From NCBI GenBank assembly GCA_000004985.1, contig GG739178.1: a DNA stretch of 4,609 bases. One strand, 5' to 3'. This DNA comes from Naegleria gruberi. Taxonomy: Eukaryota. Both the position numbers and the translations under genes were made by a program. This document shows, one piece after another, positions 1-4,609 of the stretch. How positions within the stretch are numbered: the first letter of the stretch is position 1; each line of letters begins with the position of its first letter. Below the pieces are notes generated by a model. That model searched no databases. It was given only the letters and a program-made list of their open reading frames with translations, and had not been told where the DNA came from.

Positions 1-115
1 TGTCTGGAATATTTCTAGCAAAGTCGTCAATCAATTCATAATTCTTGTGTGATAGATAATAGTCTGGATCGGCAGAGAAAGGTTCAACGTTGGAATTTTT
101 GCTCTTCTTAACCAT
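1..115 (-). CDS. 5' end (start codon plus first 38 codons) of a transglutaminase-like (TGL) domain protein, paralog A. The CDS continues past the left edge of the window.
   Basis: Reverse-complementing 1..115 gives ATG GTT AAG AAG AGC ..., translating to MVKKSKNSNVEPFSADPDYYLSHKNYELIDDFARNIPD. This aligns with the N-terminus of the gene at 2936 (…KKVSLTGAPFSSDAEYYKTLRNYELADAHARNAPKD). Shared residues are KK, PFS-D, YY, NYEL, ARN-P-D, roughly 45% identity. The start context CACAAAATGG has A at -3 and G at +4. The ORF is open to the window edge. Confidence 0.55.
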   Translation of the reverse strand, partial: MVKKSKNSNVEPFSADPDYYLSHKNYELIDDFARNIPD

Positions 116-282
116 TTTGTGTTGATTTAGTTGATTTTGTTTTTTTGTTATATGTAAAATCAGAGGATGCTTCTACACTGTAAATATGAATGATTGAGCA
201 AGTTCCAAGGTTTGGATTGTTGTAAAATATTGAGGGTTCATTCCTCATAAACGTTCTATTAAGGTGGGCATGTTAAACTTTT

Positions 283-290
283 ATAAATAA
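283..290. promoter_or_regulatory. TATAAATA element, a candidate TATA box in the divergent intergenic region between paralog A (ATG at 115, minus strand) and the His-rich gene (ATG at 679, plus strand).
   Basis: The plus strand reads TATAAATA at 283..290, about 170 bp upstream of the minus-strand ATG at 115. The call rests on sequence pattern only. Confidence 0.2.
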
Positions 291-313
291 CTACAAATTA
301 GAAAAATAGCTCA

Positions 314-337
314 ATTTCTGAAAATCACCAAATGGGT
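314..337 (+). promoter_or_regulatory. Copy 1 of the 24-bp motif ATTTCTGAAAATCACCAAATGGGT, a candidate shared cis-element or short repeat family.
   Basis: It matches copy 2 (374..397) at 21 of 24 positions, 60 bp downstream in the same orientation. It also matches the inverted copy at 3305..3327. It sits 200-285 bp upstream of the paralog A start codon. Confidence 0.45.
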
Positions 338-373
338 ATGTTGTAAAATGTGCCCCGAAAAAGCTTTGCAAAT

Positions 374-397
374 ATTTCTGAATTTCACCAAATTGGT
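374..397 (+). promoter_or_regulatory. Copy 2 of the motif: ATTTCTGAATTTCACCAAATTGGT.
   Basis: It is a direct repeat of 314..337. The 13-nt core TCACCAAATTGGT is identical to the reverse complement of 3305..3317. Confidence 0.45.
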
Positions 398-466
398 GTT
401 CAGTTCGCAAGTTCTTCTTAGTTCATTCATTGCCTTAATATCCTTGTATCCAAAACAACAATTTTG

Positions 467-474
467 TATATAAA
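467..474 (+). promoter_or_regulatory. TATATAAA, a candidate TATA box for the plus-strand His-rich gene.
   Basis: It is a perfect TATATAAA, about 205 bp upstream of the ATG at 679. That distance is long, so it would imply a 5' leader of roughly 100-170 nt or an intron in the leader. Confidence 0.3.
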
Positions 475-678
475 TTTGTAGATATTTTCCAAGTCTCAAC
501 AGAAAAATCTTATTTTGAAACTTTCAAAATTAGAGAAATTAGAAGAGAGAAAGGCACAGGAACAGTAAACAACAAGATATTTACAAACCAGAGTCAACTT
601 GATGTTCAATGAACAATATTGGAAACGTATTTGAGAATGATTGTATAACTGATCAACAGCAATAATACAATTAAAAAA

Positions 679-846
679 ATGTCTGAACAACCAACTCAAC
701 CAGTCCAACCACAAGGTGAAGAACATAAGGAAAAGAGATGTGCCAAGCACGTTCATGGTGAAGAACACAAGCACGAAGGTGAACACGTTCATTGCAGCAA
801 GCACGTTCACGAACATGAAGTCAAGCCAGAATCTGATATGGAATAA
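679..846 (+). CDS. Small (55 aa) histidine-rich, Glu/Lys-rich protein, a putative metal-binding peptide. Translation: MSEQPTQPVQPQGEEHKEKRCAKHVHGEEHKHEGEHVHCSKHVHEHEVKPESDME.
   Basis: The ORF runs ATG(679) to TAA(844..846). It is the first ATG after an in-frame stop at 646..648. The context AAAAAAATGTCT is the classic highly-expressed fungal start context. Codon choice is strongly biased (CCA, CAA, GAA, AAG, GGT, GTT, CAC, TCT), unlike the antisense frame. The protein has 10 His in 55 residues, arranged as repeated KHVH / EEH / EH units, plus 2 Cys. AATAAA hexamers sit at the stop (842..847) and at 867..872. The six-frame track missed it because of its length. Confidence 0.6.
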   Translation: MSEQPTQPVQPQGEEHKEKRCAKHVHGEEHKHEGEHVHCSKHVHEHEVKPESDME

Positions 847-866
847 ATTTCATTACTATTAAGCTT

Positions 867-872
867 AATAAA
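867..872 (+). terminator. AATAAA polyadenylation-signal-like hexamer downstream of the His-rich CDS.
   Basis: AATAAA lies 21 nt after the TAA stop. A second AATAAA overlaps the stop itself (842..847). Confidence 0.3.
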
Positions 873-934
873 TCAGTACTTGATCGACTTTCATATTTCC
901 TATTTGTTGGTATCTATCCATCATTAATCTTATT

Positions 935-2337
935 NNNNNNNNNNNNNNNNNNNNNNNNNNNNNNNNNNNNNNNNNNNNNNNNNNNNNNNNNNNNNNNNNN
1001 NNNNNNNNNNNNNNNNNNNNNNNNNNNNNNNNNNNNNNNNNNNNNNNNNNNNNNNNNNNNNNNNNNNNNNNNNNNNNNNNNNNNNNNNNNNNNNNNNNNN
1101 NNNNNNNNNNNNNNNNNNNNNNNNNNNNNNNNNNNNNNNNNNNNNNNNNNNNNNNNNNNNNNNNNNNNNNNNNNNNNNNNNNNNNNNNNNNNNNNNNNNN
1201 NNNNNNNNNNNNNNNNNNNNNNNNNNNNNNNNNNNNNNNNNNNNNNNNNNNNNNNNNNNNNNNNNNNNNNNNNNNNNNNNNNNNNNNNNNNNNNNNNNNN
1301 NNNNNNNNNNNNNNNNNNNNNNNNNNNNNNNNNNNNNNNNNNNNNNNNNNNNNNNNNNNNNNNNNNNNNNNNNNNNNNNNNNNNNNNNNNNNNNNNNNNN
1401 NNNNNNNNNNNNNNNNNNNNNNNNNNNNNNNNNNNNNNNNNNNNNNNNNNNNNNNNNNNNNNNNNNNNNNNNNNNNNNNNNNNNNNNNNNNNNNNNNNNN
1501 NNNNNNNNNNNNNNNNNNNNNNNNNNNNNNNNNNNNNNNNNNNNNNNNNNNNNNNNNNNNNNNNNNNNNNNNNNNNNNNNNNNNNNNNNNNNNNNNNNNN
1601 NNNNNNNNNNNNNNNNNNNNNNNNNNNNNNNNNNNNNNNNNNNNNNNNNNNNNNNNNNNNNNNNNNNNNNNNNNNNNNNNNNNNNNNNNNNNNNNNNNNN
1701 NNNNNNNNNNNNNNNNNNNNNNNNNNNNNNNNNNNNNNNNNNNNNNNNNNNNNNNNNNNNNNNNNNNNNNNNNNNNNNNNNNNNNNNNNNNNNNNNNNNN
1801 NNNNNNNNNNNNNNNNNNNNNNNNNNNNNNNNNNNNNNNNNNNNNNNNNNNNNNNNNNNNNNNNNNNNNNNNNNNNNNNNNNNNNNNNNNNNNNNNNNNN
1901 NNNNNNNNNNNNNNNNNNNNNNNNNNNNNNNNNNNNNNNNNNNNNNNNNNNNNNNNNNNNNNNNNNNNNNNNNNNNNNNNNNNNNNNNNNNNNNNNNNNN
2001 NNNNNNNNNNNNNNNNNNNNNNNNNNNNNNNNNNNNNNNNNNNNNNNNNNNNNNNNNNNNNNNNNNNNNNNNNNNNNNNNNNNNNNNNNNNNNNNNNNNN
2101 NNNNNNNNNNNNNNNNNNNNNNNNNNNNNNNNNNNNNNNNNNNNNNNNNNNNNNNNNNNNNNNNNNNNNNNNNNNNNNNNNNNNNNNNNNNNNNNNNNNN
2201 NNNNNNNNNNNNNNNNNNNNNNNNNNNNNNNNNNNNNNNNNNNNNNNNNNNNNNNNNNNNNNNNNNNNNNNNNNNNNNNNNNNNNNNNNNNNNNNNNNNN
2301 NNNNNNNNNNNNNNNNNNNNNNNNNNNNNNNNNNNNN
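935..2337. other. Assembly or scaffold gap: a run of 1,403 N.
   Basis: N characters run uninterrupted from 935 to 2337. The 3' portion of the TGL paralog B gene, which runs leftward on the minus strand from 2338, is lost in it. Confidence 0.99.
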
Positions 2338-2492
2338 TACATCAACAAATCTGAGAGTACCATCATCAATTTCAATGGCATTATACTCGTGATCAGGAGT
2401 AAAATTGAATTCCTCAAATGGGTCAATTTCTGGCCCACGTCCTTTTCCTGCAATACGGAAAACATTTGGAACACCAGCTTGCTTTAAGAGAC
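2338..2492 (-). CDS. Exon 2 (partial, truncated by the N gap) of TGL-domain protein paralog B. It encodes (G)LLKQAGVPNVFRIAGKGRGPEIDPFEEFNFTPDHEYNAIEIDDGTLRFVDV.
   Basis: After the intron is removed, the frame continues from exon 1 as GAA G|GT CTC TTA AAG CAA GCT. It is open for 51 codons up to the N run. It carries the TGL LLKxAGIPAR-like segment (LLKQAGVPNVFR). It also carries the predicted catalytic His (DHEYN, about 43 residues after the Cys) and Asp (RFVDV, 16 residues after the His), matching the Cys-His-Asp spacing of the transglutaminase-like superfamily. Confidence 0.6.
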
Positions 2493-2539
2493 CTTATATA
2501 AATTTGCCTAAGATTCCATAGTGGAATAGAAGTACTTAC
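2493..2539 (-). other. Spliceosomal intron (47 nt, phase 1) in TGL paralog B. Donor is GTAAGT, acceptor is TATAAG|G.
   Basis: The minus-strand sequence reads GAAG|gtaagtacttctattccactatggaatcttaggcaaatttatataag|GTCTCTTAAAG. Unspliced read-through ends in GKYFYSTMES*, a stop inside the intron. Splicing at this acceptor restores the conserved motif GVCxxFAxLFxxLLKxAG. A 62-nt alternative with an acceptor at 2478 is also in frame but deletes LLKQ. Confidence 0.5.
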
Positions 2540-2936
2540 CTTCGAATAATCCAGCAAAACCAGTACAAACACAGGTCTTCAAGTAGAAAGCACAGAGAGC
2601 AAAATCATTATAGATCTTTTTTTCTTCTTCACTAAAGGATGGTCCCATAACTTCAGCATTATACTTTGGAAGAGTGTGATTCTTTCTATTAACCTTGTCA
2701 TAGGTAAGATTCAAGCAGAGCCAAACATAGACAGATCTGGCCTTTTCTTCAATATTATCAAAAGGGCTACAAAGATACTTGGAAGTTTCAGTGAGGGTTG
2801 GAATATCCTTTGGTGCATTTCTAGCATGAGCATCAGCAAGTTCGTAATTTCTCAAGGTTTTATAATATTCGGCATCAGAACTGAATGGGGCACCAGTAAG
2901 CGAGACCTTTTTGAATTTTGGAACAATGTCGGACAT
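2540..2936 (-). CDS. Exon 1 of TGL-domain protein paralog B (start codon at 2936..2934): a putative cysteine protease or transglutaminase-fold enzyme.
   Basis: The track ORF 2508..2936(-) starts MSDIVPKFKK…. It contains …EEKARSVYVWLCLNLTYD… (the TGL pre-core motif, AxxIYxWVxxNIxYD-like). It also contains …TCVCTGFAGLFEG (the GVCxxFAxLF catalytic-Cys motif). The start context is AAAAAAAAAATCAACAACAACAACC-ATG-TCC, with A at -3. The exon ends at a GTAAGT donor. Confidence 0.75.
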
Positions 2937-2937
2937 G

Positions 2938-2961
2938 GTTGTTGTTGTTGATTTTTTTTTT
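2938..2961 (-). repeat. Simple-sequence 5' leader immediately upstream of the paralog B ATG: A10 followed by (CAA)4 on the minus strand, which is (GTT)4..T10 on the plus strand.
   Basis: The plus strand reads GTTGTTGTTGTTGATTTTTTTTTT. On the coding (minus) strand this is AAAAAAAAAATCAACAACAACAAC directly abutting the ATG. Confidence 0.5.
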
Positions 2962-3304
2962 AAATTTTAATCCAAGAAATCAACCAAGGCATTAAGATTC
3001 TATTTAAGAACCATAGAAACATTTCAAAATCATCCAAAATTCTAGAAAGAAAATAACATGTCCATAGGGTTACATAATATGAAACAACTTGATGGAATAT
3101 CGTGGCAATCTGCAGAGTGTATAACATTTCTTGTGAGCGTGGAATTAAGGCCATGCAAAATTAACGTGTGAACTAGCTTTGAAACGTAAGGCTTCATTTC
3201 AAAAAGGTGTTTGGACAATAAAGATTAATTAATGCATGTGGTTGTTGATATGGACACAAAATTATTAAGGCAATGAAAGAACTTTGGAACAATAGGGAAA
3301 AAAA

Positions 3305-3327
3305 ACCAATTTGGTGAATCCAGAAAT
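3305..3327 (-). promoter_or_regulatory. Inverted copy 3 of the motif. The reverse complement is ATTTCTGGATTCACCAAATTGGT. It lies in the paralog B promoter.
   Basis: The plus strand reads ACCAATTTGGTGAATCCAGAAAT. Its reverse complement matches copy 2 (374..397) with one 1-nt deletion and one substitution, and the 13-nt core is identical. It sits about 370-390 bp upstream of the paralog B ATG (2936, minus strand). Confidence 0.45.
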
Positions 3328-3958
3328 ATATACTTCAGAGCTAATTTGGGGCTACAACAAACTCTCTATGGAGAACGCAGCAACATGTGGAATGGTTGAA
3401 GAGAGGCCTTTGTCTGTGTGTTATTTTGCATTAATATCACTATGACCACTATCAAAGAAGACAATTTAGGATATTGGCAAATTGATGGAATGTAAAGCAA
3501 AATATGTTGATAATGGTGATAGTAAATTCACACATTGTTTCCCGACTATCATCCACACTAAAAGTTCTACAATTAAAACTGATGGAAAATGTTGGTGGTG
3601 AATGATCCGATTATGATAATATGAAAAATAAATTCCAATTTCATGATTATCATCCTAAAACTAATAAAAATTACTATTATTACTACGAAGCAATTTATAT
3701 TTATAAAAAATCATCACATACTAGTAAACAACAATTCATGAGTATTTTTAATATTATGTGATAGATTTTTGAAACACAATTATTATTATTACTTTCAATA
3801 TCTTCGTATCTTCGTTGTCAAAATTCAAAAACAAAAAAATATTGAGGGCAATCATGTAAATACTCCTCGGAACCTCCAGTAATTTCAAAGGAGTAACATC
3901 ATTTAATTGCTGGATAAATTTCATCATCATCAACTAATCAAGTTTTCAAAATCAAAAA

Positions 3959-3964
3959 TTTATT
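3959..3964 (-). terminator. AATAAA hexamer on the minus strand directly abutting the TAG stop of the EGF-repeat gene.
   Basis: The minus strand reads …ATT AAT TAG AATAAA TTTTTG…. The hexamer follows the stop codon with no spacer. Confidence 0.3.
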
Positions 3965-4609
3965 CTAATTAATTATAAAGATCACCAACAAGCTTGTAAT
4001 GAACACAAACAAGGCATGATAAACTCCCAAACCAGATACAAATGTTGATCCGGATACAACATATTGTTCACATCCTTTTCCAAAATATCCGACAGCACAG
4101 CTACAGGCACCAGAGACACAATTACCATGTCCATTACAAACAGTATTGTTGCTTGATGAAATTCCATTACAATATGTAATATCACACCAAGATCCTTCAG
4201 CATGGGAAGCACATGAACAAATGTTAGGTGCTGTACAATTACCATTTCCAGAGCAAACAACAGTTGAATTTGAGAAGAGAATTCCATTGCAAGTGTATTG
4301 CTCACAATTGGATCCACTATATCCTGCACGACATTCACAAGTATCGACATTGGTACAATTACCACGTGCTGAGCAAGAGTTTGGATTGTTATTGGCAACA
4401 CCAAAACAAGTACGAAGTTCACAATCACTTCCTGTATAACCAGATTTACATTCACAAACATTGAGTGATTTGCATGTACCATGTCTAGAACATACAGAGC
4501 TATTGTTATTGGCAATGCCAAAACATGACCATTGATTGTCGGCATTATTAGTATTATTAGTATTACCAGAATTGGTACCATTGTTACTATTATTAGTATT
4601 GTACTGTAT
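3965..4609 (-). CDS. 3' portion (214 codons plus stop) of a secreted or surface protein with four tandem EGF-like modules. It has an N-terminal Asn-rich low-complexity linker, EGF/tenascin-type 6-Cys repeats, and a C-terminal hydrophobic tail (likely a GPI-anchor signal or TM). The gene continues beyond the right edge.
   Basis: The reverse complement in frame 1 from 4609 gives IQYNTNNSNNGTNSGNTNNTNNADNQW-SCFGIANNNSSVCSRHGTCKSLNVCECKSGYTGSDCELRT-CFGVANNNPNSCSARGNCTNVDTCECRAGYSGSNCEQYT-CNGILFSNSTVVCSGNGNCTAPNICSCASHAEGSWCDITY-CNGISSSNNTVCNGHGNCVSGACSCAVGYFGKGCEQYV-VSGSTFVSGLGVYHALFVFITSLLVIFIIN*. It is open all the way to the window edge. There are four ~39-aa modules with the pattern C-x9-10-C-x4-5-C-x3-5-C-x-C-x8-C, ending in GY-x-G-x-x-C-E. 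Several N-x-S/T sequons are present. The final 19 residues are hydrophobic, preceded by a small-residue stretch (SGS), which is GPI-omega-like. The stop TAG is at 3967..3965. The track ORFs over this span are other frames or the antisense strand of the same DNA. Confidence 0.75.
   Translation of the reverse strand: MQYNTNNSNNGTNSGNTNNTNNADNQWSCFGIANNNSSVCSRHGTCKSLNVCECKSGYTGSDCELRTCFGVANNNPNSCSARGNCTNVDTCECRAGYSGSNCEQYTCNGILFSNSTVVCSGNGNCTAPNICSCASHAEGSWCDITYCNGISSSNNTVCNGHGNCVSGACSCAVGYFGKGCEQYVVSGSTFVSGLGVYHALFVFITSLLVIFIIN

Noticed and set aside
314-397. Reading the repeated motif as a heat-shock element (nTTCnnGAAnnTTCn).
   Set aside because: Copy 1 gives TTCtgAAAatCAC and copy 2 gives TTCtgAATttCAC. 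Only the first TTC and a partial GAA fit, and the inverted copy fits worse. That is insufficient to call an HSE, so I report it as an uncharacterised motif instead.
311-499. A 62-aa minus-strand ORF in the divergent intergenic region.
   Set aside because: It overlaps the repeated 24-bp motif copies and the TATA-like elements. It has no coding signal and is probably a chance ORF in AT-rich DNA.
496-816. A 106-aa minus-strand ORF overlapping the His-rich gene.
   Set aside because: It is the antisense shadow of the codon-biased plus-strand CDS 679..846. The product is a low-complexity hydrophobic string (…FTFVLVFFTMNVLGTSLFLMFF…) with no start context or codon bias. It also extends over what I interpret as the plus-strand gene's leader.
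930-2474. A 514-aa minus-strand ORF in the supplied track (MFQMFSVLQEK… followed by hundreds of X).
   Set aside because: It is almost entirely a translation of the N run (935..2337). Its only real residues come from the wrong frame of TGL exon 2. It is an artefact.
2676-2951. A 91-aa plus-strand ORF.
   Set aside because: It is antisense to exon 1 of TGL paralog B, which has strong motif support. It shows no recognisable features and ends in a CCC from the (GTT)n tract.
2960-3154. A 64-aa minus-strand ORF just upstream of the paralog B start.
   Set aside because: It lies in the promoter and leader region. It has no codon bias, a hydrophobic junk-like sequence, and no splice or start support.
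3150-3960. A possible additional gene in the ~800-bp stretch between the paralog B promoter and the EGF gene's 3' end.
   Set aside because: No ORF longer than 35 codons on either strand. The short ATG-initiated frames (for example the ~27-codon frames starting near 3370 on the plus strand and near 3860 on the minus strand) lack codon bias and splice signals. I treat this as intergenic, with 3' UTR plus promoter, but cannot exclude a small spliced or non-coding transcript without expression data.
3982-4581. A 199-aa minus-strand ORF (MVPILVILIILIMPTING…), and the plus-strand ORFs 4146..4439 and 4228..4464.
   Set aside because: These are alternative frames, or the antisense strand, of the EGF-repeat gene. 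The Cys-rich frame ending at the TAG at 3965 is open to the window edge and shows perfectly periodic 6-Cys modules. The others are Ile/Leu/Val-rich byproducts of the TGT/AAT-rich codons.
1-4609. A prokaryotic interpretation, such as operons, a CRISPR array, a defence island or an IS element.
   Set aside because: Gene structure is eukaryotic: a spliceosomal GTAAGT intron, AATAAA signals, A-rich Kozak-like contexts, EGF/GPI architecture and N-runs from a eukaryotic assembly. There are no Shine-Dalgarno-type spacings and no regularly spaced direct repeats of CRISPR type. The only repeats are the 24-bp promoter motif and simple-sequence tracts.

Overview
This is an AT-rich eukaryotic genomic window (fungal- or protist-like), not prokaryotic. 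Support for that: A-rich start contexts such as AAAAAAATGTCT, a short GT-AG intron, AATAAA hexamers at gene ends, and a 1,403-nt run of N (an assembly gap, 935..2337). I can support four protein-coding genes. (1) On the minus strand, 1..115 holds the first 38 codons of a transglutaminase-like (TGL) cysteine-protease-fold protein that runs off the left edge. (2) On the plus strand, 679..846 encodes a 55-aa protein that is about 18% His and Glu/Lys-rich, a putative metal-binding peptide with strongly biased, yeast-like codons. It is absent from the ORF track because it is short. (3) On the minus strand, a second TGL-like gene is paralogous to (1). Its exon 1 is 2540..2936, followed by a 47-nt GTAAGT...AG intron (2493..2539) and an exon 2 (2338..2492) that runs into the N gap. 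The recognisable Cys-His-Asp TGL triad motifs (GVCxxFAxLF, DHxxN, FxDxT-like) are intact across the splice. (4) On the minus strand, 3965..4609 is the 3' part of a secreted or surface protein: an Asn-rich linker, four tandem 6-Cys EGF/tenascin-type modules, and a C-terminal hydrophobic GPI-anchor or TM-like tail. It runs off the right edge. The most interesting non-coding signal is a ~24-bp motif, ATTTCTGAAWWTCACCAAATNGGT. It occurs twice in direct orientation in the promoter upstream of TGL paralog A (314..337 and 374..397) and once inverted in the promoter of TGL paralog B (3305..3327). That points to a shared cis-regulatory element retained after gene duplication. Most long ORFs in the supplied track are wrong-frame or antisense shadows of these genes, or artefacts of the N run.
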